DNA of 64,000 nucleotides from Malacoraja senta. Taxonomy: Eukaryota. Both the position numbers and the translations under genes were made by a program. Each line of letters starts with the position of its first letter. Position 1 is the stretch's first letter. Below, one piece after another: positions 11,386-24,405 of this stretch. Where the stretch lies: positions 1,612,001-1,676,000 of the forward strand of contig CM075989.1 of assembly GCA_038087875.1 (NCBI GenBank). Reading direction: 5' to 3'. The notes beneath the pieces are model-generated. The model was given only the letters and a program-made list of their open reading frames with translations. It had not been told where the DNA came from and made no database searches.

Positions 11386-12059
11386 GGCGTCTGTGGAAAA
11401 AATCCCCATAGACCCACAGTAAATGGACCTGGAAAACCTGAAAAAAGTTTCTACTTACCTTGTAGTTGAAAAACTACAAATCCACTGGAGGAGCTCAGCT
11501 CCTCACGTCCGTTTGCGTCAAGGCGTCTGACGTAATGACGCGCCGGCGCACTGGCGGGGTTCTTCACGTAGTCACTCACGTGACTCCGAAGTAAAATGGA
11601 TTTTGTGTACCAATAATATGGTAAGTACATTTATTTGAGCTATATGTTTTTAAATACTTTATTAAGAGATAGGACCTATTGAAGACAAATTACTTGATAA
11701 AAGTCGAGAGAATAATCGGCTCAAGCGCGGTTTCCATGATTTTTTTTAAAAGCCGACTGACAGCTCGCAGGGGAGAGAATAATCTGCGCATGCGCGGTTT
11801 TCAAGATTTTTAAAAGCCACTGCCTACCTTGACTAATTACTCACGGCACGTGCCTGTGGTCACCCTACACCACTGTGGCTGCCAGTGGTATCAAGTATCC
11901 CTCCCTGCACAGTGAGATGCAGCTACCTGACTGGCTGAGTTCCTCCAGCACTTGGTGTTTTGCTGTAGGTAGGTTATTGCCATTTACTGAATTTACTGAA
12001 TTAAGCATGAACTCTGTCCATGTTAGGTTAGGTTAACTGTAGATGTTTACAATTCTGAT

Positions 12060-12450
12060 AGAGTCAAAGAGTCATACAGCGAGGAAACAGGCCATTCGGC
12101 CCAACTTGTCCACACCGACCAACGTGTCCCAGCTACACCTGCCTGCATTTGACCCATATCCCTCTAAACCTGTCCTATCCATGGACCTGTCTAAGGGCCT
12201 GTGATTTTTTCGGCGACTGCCGGCGTCTTTGACTGACGTATCAGGGTCGCCAAAAGATTTTGAACATTTCAAAATCCAGTGGCGACAAAAAACTTGTTGT
12301 GACACTTGAGGAAACACCACGCGTCAATATGTCATCATGCCGCATCACGCCTCCCTTAGTATGAAAAAGTTACACTTCAAGTTTCTATTAAATCTTTCCA
12401 CCTTCACCTTAAACCCATGTCCTCTGGATCTCGCTCATCTTATGATCTTA
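12060..12450 (-). mobile_element. CR1 3' fragment interrupted at about 12195-12357 by a probable PIF/Harbinger MITE remnant
   Basis: The CR1 tail consensus breaks at TAA|GGGCCTGT and resumes after CCC|TTA. Confidence 0.55.
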
Positions 12451-12537
12451 TGAATTGGGGTGTCGGGCACTGAATGATAATCAAGAATGTGTTCATTAGA
12501 GCAGCACAGTGGTTGACTAAGTGAGGAGTGTAGGGAA

Positions 12538-12848
12538 TTTAGTTTAGTTTAGAGATACAGCACGGAAACAGGCCCTTCGGGTCTACGCCGACCAGCGATC
12601 CTTGCATATTAACACTCTCGTACATACACTAGAGACAATTTTTACGTTTACCAAGTGAATTTACCTACATACATGTATGTCTTTGGAGTGCGGGAGGAAA
12701 CTGAAGATCCAGGAGAAAACCCATGCATGTCACGGGGAGAACGTACAAACTCCGTACAGACAGCATCCGTAGTCGGGATCGAACCCGGGTCTCCGGCTCT
12801 GCAAGCGCTCTAAGGCAGCAACTTTACCGCTGCGCCACCGTGCTGCCC
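12538..12848 (-). mobile_element. tRNA-derived V-SINE/HE1-type SINE; representative of about 20 copies (e.g. 14404, 14680, 20163, 21143, 23301, 24540, 25229, 26465, 33510, 35350, 37580, 48280, 49505, 50240, 51150, 51530, 61100, 63330)
   Basis: Box A GTGGCGCAGCGGT, box B GGTTCGATCC, central GGAGTTTGTACGTTCTCCCCGTG domain, CR1-like GGGCCTGTTTCC tail ending in (TAAAC)n. Confidence 0.9.
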
Positions 12849-13069
12849 TTATCGAATCTCGGGGTCAATCCCAATGGAATTGCACACAACCAGCACATAA
12901 TTGTCTTTCTCAAGTGAAAGCTGTTCACCTGTTGATTGAACGGTTGCAAGATCCATAAGTGACCGTGATCCCCAGCTGTATGAAGAAACTGGCCACCCCA
13001 CCAAGATGTCGGCAGAAGCGCAGGAGATCCCAACAGTTGCAGGTGATTGAGAACACAAACCCCTACCAT

Positions 13070-13505
13070 CTTCTCCTCTGGCTTCACAATTCACAGCTCT
13101 TCACTCCTGTCTCACACCTCCTGCTTTAATCCCTGGCCTTTGTTCCAACCATCTGCCTATCAAACCCCCATCCCCCCCTCGCCATTTCCACATACTATCT
13201 GCCACACTAAGTCCCTCCTCTCTTCCGCCTTACTTCCCAACCCCCCTACAATCAGTCTGAGGAAGGGTCCAACCTGAAACGATCCCAGCTCTTCAAACCT
13301 GTCGCACACCTATTGTTCTTAACTCTGGCCATTGTTCCACCACCAGTCTGTGTCGACCTATTCCCTGCCACATTTTGTCCTGCCTCTTCACCTTTCTACC
13401 TGTATTCTCCCGCCCTACAATCAGCCCGATGGGTCTCAACCACAAAGCTCACTTATCCATGTTCTCCAGAGATGCTGAGTTGCTCCCACTGAGTTACTCC
13501 AGCAC
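13070..13505 (+). mobile_element. Two tandem Penelope terminal-repeat-like units with degenerate hammerhead cores
   Basis: Repeated CTACAATCAG followed by CTGAGGAAGGG..CCTGAAAC (13257) and a more decayed copy at about 13421. Confidence 0.55.
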
Positions 13506-13914
13506 TTAGTTTAGTTCAGTTTAGTTTAGTTTATTGTCACATGTACCGAGGTACAGAGAAAACCTTTGTTGCGTGCTAACCAGCCAGCACTCTTTGTCCT
13601 TTTGATAACACTCACATCCTGGATCATTCCACTGGCAAAATCTACGTGACAGTACAGTGATTTTTTTTGTACACTGGTAAGGCCAGATCTACCCACACAA
13701 CTCCTCACTGGTGACCTCACAGTCTCCCTGAACAGTCAGGGTTCACAAGGTGCTGGCAGGAACTGTAGCTTGCAGCAAGAGCATGCAGCAAGCTCACGAT
13801 GCACATGCATCTATGCTGCGTTTCCACCTGCATGGCACATGCTGAACCACACACAGCCATTGTTTAGGCTAGTTTCGTTTAGCCGCTGTGTTGCCCCATT
13901 GTGTTTGTTAAATT

Positions 13915-14306
13915 GAGTATAGGAGCTAGGAGGTCCTGCTGCAGTTGCACAGGGCCCTGGTGAGACCACACCTGGAGTATTGTGTGCCGTTTTGGTCTCC
14001 TAATTTGATGAAGGATATTCTTGCTATCCAGGGAGTGCAGCGTAGGTTCACGAGGTTAATCCCCGGGATGGCGGGACTGACATATGATGAAAGAATGGAT
14101 CAGCTAGGCTTATATTCTCTGGAATTTAGAAGGATGAGAGTGGATCTTATAGAAACATATACAATTCTTGGACAGGTTAGGTGCAGGAAAAAGCAGGAAC
14201 GGGATACTGATTTAGGATGATCAGCCATGATCATGTTGAATGGAGGTGCTGGTTCGAAGAGCTGATTGGCCTACTCCTACACCTATTTTCTACGTTTCTA
14301 TGTTTC
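13915..14306 (+). mobile_element. CR1 LINE 3' fragment
   Basis: ALVRPHLEYCVPFWSP..VQRRFTRLIPG, with a TTTCTATG-type tail. Confidence 0.9.
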
Positions 14307-15859
14307 AGGCCATGAATTGTGTGCTTATTACTGAGACAGCACAAAACTGTCAAAGAACATTTGAAACTTCTAAACTGAATTGAATAAAGGGAATAAAACA
14401 TCTCGCGCAGTGTTGCAGCGGTAGGGTTACTGCCTTAGAGCGCCAGTGACCCGGGTTCCATCCTGACTACGGGTGCTGTCCGTATGGAGTTTGTACGTTC
14501 TCCCCGTGACTACCTGTAGCCTTCCACATTCCAAAAAGATGTGCTGGTTTGTCGGTTAATTAGCTGCTGTAAATAATCCATAGTGTGTACGATAGAGCTA
14601 GTGTACGGGTGATTATTGGTCGGCTTGGACTCAGTGGGACAAAGGCCTTGTTTCCACACCATATCTCTAAACCATGATCTACATGGGTTTTCTCCGGGAT
14701 CTCCAGTCTCCTCCCACACTCCAAAGGCGTACAGGTTCGTAGGCTAATTGGTAGGTAAAATTGTACACTTGTAAACTGTCCGAAGTGTGTAGGATAGTGT
14801 TAGTGTACGGGGTGATCGCTGGTCGGCACGGACTTAGTGGGCCGAAGGGCCTGTTTCTGCGCTGTATCTCTAAATTAAACAAAACTGAACTAAACTCAAC
14901 CAGCCCAGGTATCACAGAGATCAATATGAAGCGTTAACTAATTAATCTACACCTGCACCTTCACTAACATTATTTGTCCCAGCCACATCAAGCAGAGAAT
15001 TAGATTGCTTGAAAGATGGCTTGTCATCTGGACATTTTGGCACTGGTACCCGGGTACCAGTGCCAACTTGCAGTAGATATTACTGATGTTCGGGCAAGAA
15101 CAGTGTGTGAAGTTACATAGTTTGTTACCTAGCTGTGAAGTAGGCAACTAATGGAAGCTACATCCTACACTGTAGCTGATGAGTAAAGTTTGGCAATCAT
15201 ACATGCAGTGGATGAGAACAGAACCGACAGATGGTAAACAGTAGACAAAATATCTTTCCTCTTCTATTGAAAGGACTCCGCAGGTGCACAATGCCAGGAA
15301 TTCCTCCAAGAGATTACTAACCGAAGCTTAAAATCTACAGCAAATTGGCAACAATATGAAAGGCATCTCCGCTGCGACTGATTACAACAGTGGAGTTACT
15401 CTGTAATGAACACATGCTCGAGGTTCAGCTGTACATCCTCCACTGTCAGCACAGCACAAAGTGTTGGTGGAGCGTGATGGGAGCTACGTCCCGACATCAA
15501 CAATTGCAGGTCTAAAGAGAAGTGAACAATTACAAGTGGCAGAAGGTGCTGTGATTACAAGAGGGTCGCGGGAATAAAGATCTCATTTAGGTTTATCAAG
15601 GTGGAAAACTGAAAGGATACTTTTGTATCAATGAAAACAATATAGAAGATGGAGGAGAATGGTGAGACTAGGAGCTGCAGATGCTGGTTTATAAACAATG
15701 AAGAAGATAGAACATAGGAGCACAGCACAGGAGCAGGCCCGATAGCCCACATTGTTCATGCCGAACATCATGGCAGGTTAAACTAACCTCTTGTGCCTGC
15801 ACGCGATCCACATCCCTCCACTCCCTACAAATCCATGTGCCTTTCTATGAGACAGATAA

Positions 15860-16285
15860 CATCGAGCTGGGGTTAACATATGATGAGCGTTTGACGGCAC
15901 TGGGCCTGTACTCACTGGAGTTTAGAAGGATAAGTGGTGACCTCATTGAAACATTGAATAGTGAAAGGCCTCGATATAGTTGATGGGGAGAGTCTAGGAC
16001 CAGAGCCTCAGAATAAAAGGACGTACCTTTAGAAAGGAGATGAGGAGGAATTTCTTTAGTCAGAGGGTGGTGAATCTGCGGAATTAGATGCTACAGACGG
16101 CTGTGGAGGATGTCAATGGATAATTTTAAGGTAGAAATCGATAGGTTCTTGATTTGTACGGGTGCCAGGGGTTATGAGGATAAGGCAGGAGAATGGAGTT
16201 AGGAGGGAGAAATAGATCAGCTATGATTAAATAGCATAGATGATGGGCTGAATGGCCTAATTCTGCTCCTATTACTTATGAACAT
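15860..16285 (+). mobile_element. CR1 LINE 3' fragment
   Basis: GGCCTGTACTCACTGGAGTTTAGAAGG and FFSQRVVNL-type sequence, with a CR1 3' UTR. Confidence 0.85.
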
Positions 16286-18724
16286 GATTTTATGAACTAG
16301 TGTGAACGGGTGATTGATGGCTGGTATGGACTCGGTGAGACGGAGAGACTGTTATCGTGCAGTGTCTCTAATCTAATGTAAAAGCCTCTTAAACACCACT
16401 ATCGTATCTACCTCAAACACCATACCCGGCACACAGTCCAGGCACCAACCACCAAAAACGTTACTTTAAGGGGATTGTTCGTTACTTTTAAAGATGCAAA
16501 AGCAAATTAAACTGGTTGAAAATCAAAATCCACTGGTGCAGAAACCTGAAATTAAAACAGAAATGGCCAGAAACACTCAGCAAGTCATTCAGCATCTGTG
16601 GAAAGATGTCAGGGGAAAGATTTCAGGTGGAAAGACTAATTGTTTCAGGTTAAAAACACAACATTTTGGCAGAACTTCAGGAAAGGCATTCCCAGTTTTA
16701 GCACAAATTCTCATTAAAACAGTAGGGACTATAAAAAGCAGCACTAGAGAGGCAAAAATAACTACAAATCATTATCAGTGCAATTGTTTCAGCAGCCAGA
16801 GAACCACAGGAGATTAAACAGCCTTGGGAACACTGAACAATGATTGTGTTATTTCCATTTCAAGTACTTTCAGATGAGAACTACAAGATTCTGAGAGGGA
16901 TGAGCAGGGTTGTATTTATGAGACTTTTGGATAGGCAGGGAAGAGAGGAATATGGGTTATGTGCAGGTGGATGAGAGATGGTCTTAGCATTATGTCTGGC
17001 ACTGACATTGTGGGCTGAAGGGCCTGTTCTTCTGCTGTTCTATGTTCTATGGTAGTATCTGACATGCTTTTTTACTGAACTGGGGAATTTGTAATCAATT
17101 TGCCCTCTTGATAAGAAGGCACCATTTAGAACGTTGGTAAAGGAAAGTTATTGCACGCAAATGTAACCTCAACTTCAGAGGGCCATGGTTACTCAGTTGG
17201 TGAGGTTGACATGAAAATATTTTTGAACATTCAAAGCAAGGAGTGGATCAGGGCTCTAAAATGAGACATGGAGACAACTGTGATTTTTTAAATGGCTTGA
17301 GGGGACTTTACTGCCTTAATGTGCTTCTCTGTCCTACAGAGCATTTGTGTCATTGAGCCATAGACTTGTACAACATGGAAACAGGCTCTTCCATCCGCCT
17401 TGCCCATGCCGACCAAGTTGGAATTCTGAGACTAAACCTGTATTTGTCTGCATTTGGTCCAGAGGCCTCTAACCCTTGCTATCCATCTATTTATTATGTG
17501 CCAATGGCCCTTGAATTAAAATGTCTGCCTCAATCAAATCAAACTGAAGTGAACAATAGAACCGAGAGATAAATTCTAGATATGCTTAATTTCCTCATGA
17601 TTATTAAATCTCCAAGGAAAGATGTTTACTCTGATATTGGCCATAAGGGGGAATTGGCAAGCGTGGTGGGATTTCTGGTTGAGGTACTGGTCCATTAGCC
17701 ATGGCCTATTGTCACATCATTTTTAAACTAGGGAGACAATTCAAACATAAGCATTGTCTTTGCCTCTGTTCAAGCTCTTCTCCATCTTCCCATTCATTAT
17801 TACCTCACCCTTCACCCTTCACCTTCTCCAGTTGGGTCCCAACCCAAAATGTCATCTCTGCATTCCTTCATCCACAGATGCTGCCTGACCATTGAGTTCC
17901 TCCTGCACTTTGTTTTGTGATCAAGACCCCAGCATGTGAAATTCCTTGTGTCTCCAATTCCCACAACCTTCCTCAAACTCACTTTGCAAATTGTCGACTC
18001 ATTACCAATGTCTCAATCACCAATATCTCACCCCTCTCCCAATTCTCTGTTAACATGCGAGTGACGTGGAACATTAACTCAGTTTCTCACTCTACACATG
18101 CAGAATATTTTTAACTTGAAGAAGGGTCTTGACCTAAAACGTCGTCCATTGCTTCTCTCCAGAGATGCTGCCGATCCTACTGAGTTACTCCAGCATTTTG
18201 TGTCTATCTTTGGTTTAAAACAGCATCTGCAGTTCCTTCCTACATATTTTTAACCTTTTTGGTTTGGCTCAGAATCGTTTAATGCCCATCTGTCAAGCAG
18301 TTCCTTGTCTGAAGCTCTCCATTCAGGTTTCAGCTCTTCCCACAGCTTCCAGTGGATCTACATGTGACCGACATTCTTGGTAATAGTCACCTCGGTGCAA
18401 TACTATTTCTCTTGCTTGTTAATGATGCTTGAGCTGCCAATGTGGTTGATCACACCATCTTCTCTATTGTGCAGCATGATGAAATTGGCCATTGTTGTCC
18501 ATCTGACGAGTCATAGAGTCCTACAGCATGGAAACAGGGCCTTGGCCTAACTTGCCCACGCCGACCAAGACGTCCCACCTACACTAGTTCCACGTGCCAC
18601 ATTTGGCCCATATCCCACTAAACCTATCCTATCTCATGTAGTTGTCCAAATGCTGTTATAGTATCTACTTCAATGACGTTCTCTGGCAACTCGTTCCACG
18701 TACCCACCTCCCTCTGTGTGAAGA

Positions 18725-19008
18725 TTCAGGGACAGTTTCTTCCCAGCTGTTATCAGGCAACTGAACCATCCTACCACAACTAAAGACCAGTCATTGGTGA
18801 CCCTCAGACTTTCTTTGAACAGATTTTACTGGCTTTACTTTGCAGTAAACATTATTCCCTTATCATGTATCAAAACACTGTAAATGGCTCGATTGTAATC
18901 ATGTATTGTCTTTCCGCTGACTGGTTAGCATGCAACGGAAGTTTTTCACTGTACCTCTGTACACGTGAATATAAACAATGAACTAAACTAAACAATAAAC
19001 TAAACTAA
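18725..19008 (+). mobile_element. Rex1/Babar-type LINE 3' end inserted in a minus-strand CR1 tail
   Basis: RFRDSFFPAVIRQLN-like coding end, a 3' UTR and a short tandem tail. The CR1 resumes at about 19010. Confidence 0.65.
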
Positions 19009-19144
19009 AAGTTTCCCCTCAGGTTCCTATTAGATCCTTCCCCTCTCTTCTTAAACATATCTCCTTTGCTTCTTGATTTTCCTTTTTCTACCGAGGATAA
19101 AAGACTGGATAATTCACCCTATTTGTCTCATGATACTATACACC

Positions 19145-19891
19145 ATCACAGCGCCCCCTCCCTGTCACTGGCCAGGAGAGGCTAATCCCCAGCATCATTG
19201 GTCACGCTGGGTGCAATTAGCTGGTATTGGTTTGGCCACCTGAGTCTTGTCAGCCTACTCCTTATAAAACCCAGATGTTCCAGCCATAGGCGTGAATGAG
19301 GAAGCGGGAGAGAGGATGGGAAGAGAGGATGGCAAGAGAGGATGGCAAGAGAGGATGGGAGAGATAGTGGGGTGCTTGCCTGCTAGCTGTTCTCCCCTTC
19401 CGAAGGTTTGAGGAAGACTGAACCACTGGAGCAAAGCCGAGACCACCAATGTCGCCGTGTGGTCATGACTGAGCTGCCAGGTTAGGAAGTAGCCCTAGAC
19501 AGCCAGCTCCTCTACTGAGACTGAGTGGTTAGGGCAAGGCTGAGATGCCAGTGCATGTTCCTGCCCACAAACAATGACGAACTGCGTCCACACGCAGAGA
19601 GAAAGACTGCCGGGATAAGCCTGAAACTGTCAGCTCCTCCTCTTGAGCCATGGAAGAACTGCAGGGTGAAGCCTGAGATTGCCACACCTCCTCCTTCAAG
19701 ACTAGGACTGAGCTGCCAGGACAAGCCTGAGATTGCCTGCGCTCCTGCACATACCCCCTAACAATGAGGAACAGTGCCTCCATGCGGTTCTGGACTTGCT
19801 TGTCTCTGTAAATAAAACGTATCATTTGAGTTCACCCTACTGCGAGTGTCGGTGTGGTCACTACTGAACCTGGTGCATCCCCGACGCCACA
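19145..19891 (+). mobile_element. Solo LTR (family unassigned) inserted in a CR1 fragment
   Basis: TATAAAA at 19263, AATAAA at about 19812, ends ...GCCACA, internal short direct repeats. The host CR1 TATACAC|CTCTATA is split. The 5' TG is degenerate. Confidence 0.65.
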
Positions 19892-20429
19892 CCCTCTATA
19901 ACATCACCCCTCAGCCTCCTGCACTCCAATGTACAAGCCCTAGCCTGCACAACCTCTCCCTATAGCTCAGATTCACAAGTCCTGGAAACTTCCTCATAAA
20001 ACTTTGCTGCACTTTTTCCACTTAATGACATGGAGATATTGGATTAATTTCCTTGACTGATCTATGACTTGGGATAATTTATTTGATGATTGAGAATTGG
20101 TTTGGGAAGACATTTGACCAGACAATTGATCAACAACATTAAAAGCATTCTGTAGTGGTAGATGTTTAGTTTAGAGAAGCAGCATGGAAACAGGCCCTTC
20201 AGCCAACTGAGTCCGTGCCAACTATTCATCACCTGTTTGCATTAGTTCTACGTTATCTCATTTTCTCATCCACTCCCTACAACTCCACACAGACAGTACC
20301 CGAGGTCAGGATTGACTGAGTCACCGTGAGGAAGCAGTTCTACCAGCTGTATCACTGTGCTGTCCGTCATAGAGTGATACAGTGTGGAAACAGGCTCTTT
20401 GGCCAAACCTGCCCACACCGGCCAACATG

Positions 20430-21100
20430 GCCCAGCTGAGGTGTTGCATTTTGAGATGTCGAACAAGGGCAGGACCTGCACAGTAAATGGTAGGCCTCTG
20501 GGTAGTGTTGTAGACCAGAGGGATTTAGGAGTGCAAGTGCATGGTTCCTTGAGGGTCGAGTCGCAGGATATTGTGTTCAGTTCTGGGCACCATGTTAGTG
20601 AAAGATATTGTCAAGCTTGAAAGGGTTCAGAAAAGATTTACGAGGATGTTGCCAGGACTGGAGGGTGTGAGCTGTCGGGAGAGGTTGAGCAGGCTGGGTC
20701 TCTATTCCATGGAGCACAGGAGGATGAGGGGAGATCTTATAGAGGTATACAAAATCATGAGAGGAATAGATTAGGTAGTCTTTTGCCCAGAGTAGAAGAA
20801 TCGATGACCAGAGAACATAGTTTCAAGATGAAGGGAAAAAGATTTAGTAGGAATCTGAGGGGTAACTTTTTCACATAAAGGGTGGTGGGTGTATGGAACA
20901 AGCTGCCAGAGGAGGTAGTTGAGGCTTGGACTATCCCATTATTTAAGAAGCAATTAGACAGGTACATAGATAGGACAGGTTTGGAGGGATATGGACCAAG
21001 TGCAGGCAAGTGGGACTAGTGTAGCTGGGACATTGTTGACCAGTGAGGGCGAGTTGGGCCGAAGGGCCTGTTTCCACATGTATCACTGTGACTATGACTC
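20430..21100 (+). mobile_element. CR1 LINE 3' fragment
   Basis: QRDLGVQVH, LERVQKRFTRMLPGL and RMRGDLIEVYKIMRG, plus tail. Confidence 0.9.
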
Positions 21101-22169
21101 TAAAGTGCTTTGTCCAATGTTCAAAGATAACGTGCACATCAAATTTAGTTTAGTCTAGAGACAGCAGGGAAACAGGCTCTTCGGCCTAGCGAGTCCATGC
21201 TGACCAGCGATCCCCGCACACTAACACTATCCTACACACGTGGGACAATTTTTAATTTTATCAAAGCCAATTAGCCTACAAATCTGTATATCTGGAGTGT
21301 GGGAGGAAACCGGAGCACCAGGAGAAAACCCATGCAGGTCACAGGGAGAACATTCAAACTCCGTACAGACAGCACCCGCAGTCAGAATCGAACTCGGGTC
21401 TCTGCCGCTGTAAGGCAGCAACTCTAACACCGTGCTTTATATCCGCACCTTTAGTCATGAAAGGTTCACAGCCGAGCAACTCAGCATCTCCCCAGCACTC
21501 ACACCAGGAGGATCATGAGGACTTTTCTCAGTCAAGCAGCAACTTTGTACGGCCTTGAGTAAACATTTGTAAACTGTGAAACTCGTTCTTGTTTGTTGCT
21601 CTGTGATCTCAACAGGCTGTGTAAAAGTGTCAGCTTATGAGGGAGCTCAGGTCCTGAATAAATCGGAGTGCTCTGACTGGGAATGGGAATGGAAAATGAC
21701 CTGTTTGAAGCTGTGAAAGACAATCTCCTAATGACCCATAACCACTTCAGGTGCTATTATTATTTCCGTTCAACCCGTCTGTTTAGTGGGAACTTGGCAT
21801 CAAGTCATCTTTCAATACAGCAAAATTAAATAGTGAGCTTCAGAAACCTATCCACTGTAAGGTGCTATGCATCTATTATTCACAATGTACCTTTCCCATT
21901 AACTCTATGGATGGCAGATAAACACTAAAACAAAGATGTATAGAAATACAACATTTTAAGCAGTCGAGACATATAGTGTGGCAGCATTTGGTGGAGGATT
22001 GGAGATGAAGGGCTCAGCCTTGAGATTGATCTGATATTGAGATATTCTTTGTAATACGTTGTTCCTCAGATACTAATGAAACAACGAGCAGTCCTGAATT
22101 GATTTCTCAATCCCAATCTCAGTCGACAGTGGTTCAGTTCATGAAATGGGTTCCAGTCACAGAGAGTTG

Positions 22170-22742
22170 TGGAGTCATACAGCATGGAAACAGGCCCTAC
22201 TTGCTCACACTGGCCAACATGTCCCATCTACACTAGTCCCACCTGTCTGTGGTTGGTCCATATCACTCCAAACCTGTCCTATCCATGTGCCTGTCAAAAT
22301 GTTTCTTACATTTTGCAATAGGCCCAGCCTCAACTACCTCCTCTGCAGCTTCTTCCATACACCCACCAAAGTTACCCCTCAGGTTCCTATTAAATTTATT
22401 CCCTTCACCTTAAACCTATACCCTCTGGTCCTCGATTCACCTACTCTGCTCAAGAGCCTCTGTGTGTCTACCGATCTACTCCTCTTACGATTTTATATAC
22501 CTCAATAAGATCACCCCTCATCCTCCTGCGCTCCAAGCAATAGAGTCCCAGACTGCCCAACCTCTCCCTTTAGCTCAGATATGTGAATCTTGGCAACATC
22601 TTCGTAAATCTCCTCTGCATCCTTTCCAACGTGACAACATCTTTCCTGTAACACGTTGCCCACAACTATAACGCAATACTCTAAATGCGGCCTCACCAAC
22701 GTCTTATATAACTGCAACATGACTTCCCAATTTCTGTACGCT
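22170..22742 (-). mobile_element. CR1 LINE 3' fragment
   Basis: VMLQLYKTLVRPHLEYCV. Confidence 0.9.
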
Positions 22743-23969
22743 ATAGCAGACACAAAGTGCTGGAGTAACTCAACGGCTCCAGCAGCATCTCTCGAGAAAA
22801 GGAAGAGGTGACATTTTGTGTCGTCCTGATGACTGACTCATCTCCTGGCAGCAGTCCGAATGGCTGCTTGTGTTGGATGTGGGTACAATACAGACCTGCT
22901 TTCCTACTGACAGCTGCCCTCTCAACTCACACCTTTCTTTGTTCACTATGTAGTATCATAGAATGAAGAGCCTGTTGAGTGATTGAATTGGCAGTGTCCC
23001 AACTAATGTAGCTCACGTGGGCTAATCTTGGTGAGACGGCTGTGTGTTAAGACAGATCATTGCTTTCATACCAACAGCTTGAAAAATTTATAGACAGCCT
23101 GCAGACTCAGCGAAGCTCACTAAAGATTGGTCATGGGTCAGGTCAGACACGGGATGACATGGAGGTGGGTGATTGCTGTGTCTATGGTGTCTATGTTGGT
23201 GCTGGTGCATCAGGGCTGATTTGGATCAAAGACTCAATTCTGTTCCTTGTGTATAACCATCAGTTACATCATGCCATGGTGTTTCTGGCTTTCTCTCTGC
23301 TTTAGTTTAATTTAGTTTAGTTTGGTTCAGTTCAGAGATACAGCCCTTTGGCCCACCGGGTCCGCACACTAGTGCTATCCTACACACACAAGGGACCATT
23401 GACAATTACATCAAGCCAATCAACCTGCAAACCTGTACGGCGTTGGAGTGTGGGAGGAAACAGAAGATCTTGGAGAAAACCACGCAGGTCACGGGGGGAA
23501 TGTACAAACTCCGTACAGACAGATCCTGTAGTCGGGATCAACCCGGGTCTCTGGCGCTGTAAGGCAGCAACTCTACCGCTGCGCCACCATATCATGCTGA
23601 CTGGACCATTAACTTCTTATACATCTTGTGCTTTGAATCCACAAATTCAACAACTAAAGGAAACAACTTAACAGTTGCGTGTAGACAAAGATGATGTCAA
23701 GAGTAAAGAGAGTCAAGAGCCAAGAGTGTTTTATTGTCATGTGTCCCAGATAGAACAATGAAACTCGTACTTGCTGCAGCACAACAGAATATGCAAACAT
23801 AGTATGATACGAGTAGAATTGTTTAAAGGTAGAAATTGTCAGAGTGAGTGTAAGAGGGGTGCAGGGGTGAGTGTGAGTGTTGAGTGATGGTGGTGAGTGC
23901 TCCCACCCTCCCCCACTGGACATATGGGCTTCACCATCACACGCCCCACTGCCAACGGCCCAGTGAGCA

Positions 23970-24405
23970 GGCAGGTTGTTGCAGTGTGTCTCTTGCAGGA
24001 TGTGGAACGTCAGGGACATTGCTGGTGCCTCTGACCACTACACCTGTGGGAATAGTGTCCAGGTGCAGCTCGTCAATGACCGAGTTAGGGAACTGGAGCA
24101 GCAGCTCGATCACCTCAGGACCTCAGGACCATCCGGGAAAGCGAGAGCTTCCTAGACAGGGCCTACAGTGAGGCCATCACACGGAGAGCACAGGAAGAGA
24201 GAAGGTGGGAGATGACGAGAAAGGGAAGTAAACATGGAACGCTGGAAATTCCTGGAGTGCAGGGGGATGAGGGGAGATCTCATAGAGGTGTATAAGATAA
24301 TGAGAGGAATAGATCGGGTAGATGCACAGAGTCTCTTGCCCAGAGTAGGTGAGTCGAGGACCAGAGACATAGGCTCAAGGGGAAGTGGAAAAGATTTGAT
24401 AGGAA
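23970..24405 (+). mobile_element. Internally deleted CR1: ORF1 zinc finger/leucine zipper joined to the ORF2 C-terminus
   Basis: QCVSCRMWNVRD..HYTCG..VQLVNDRVRELEQQLDHLR, then MRGDLIEVYKIMRGIDRVD within about 150 bp. Confidence 0.75.

Larger units (their letters stand above)
5677..11597 (-). mobile_element. DIRS1-like tyrosine-recombinase retrotransposon, near full length but decayed, with duplicated 3' end
   Basis: Inverted terminal repeats (about 5753-5785 versus 11536-11569), an internal complementary region matching both termini, gag/RT/RNaseH/MT/YR remnants, and AAT at both ends. Confidence 0.95.
5214..11875 (+). mobile_element. Internally deleted hAT DNA transposon (TTF zinc finger/ZMYM1-like transposase remnant), split by DIRS insertion
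   Basis: 5510-5665 encodes FSKPTYEEKTKIIKNGRPTPELKELQQRKGTKIIRTFKTAWYNRK (N-terminal TTF-type region). The rejoined empty site reads KERRMDFVYQ*, a typical C-terminus. Right end CTACACCACTG at 11865-11875; left TIR and TSD not found. Confidence 0.75.
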
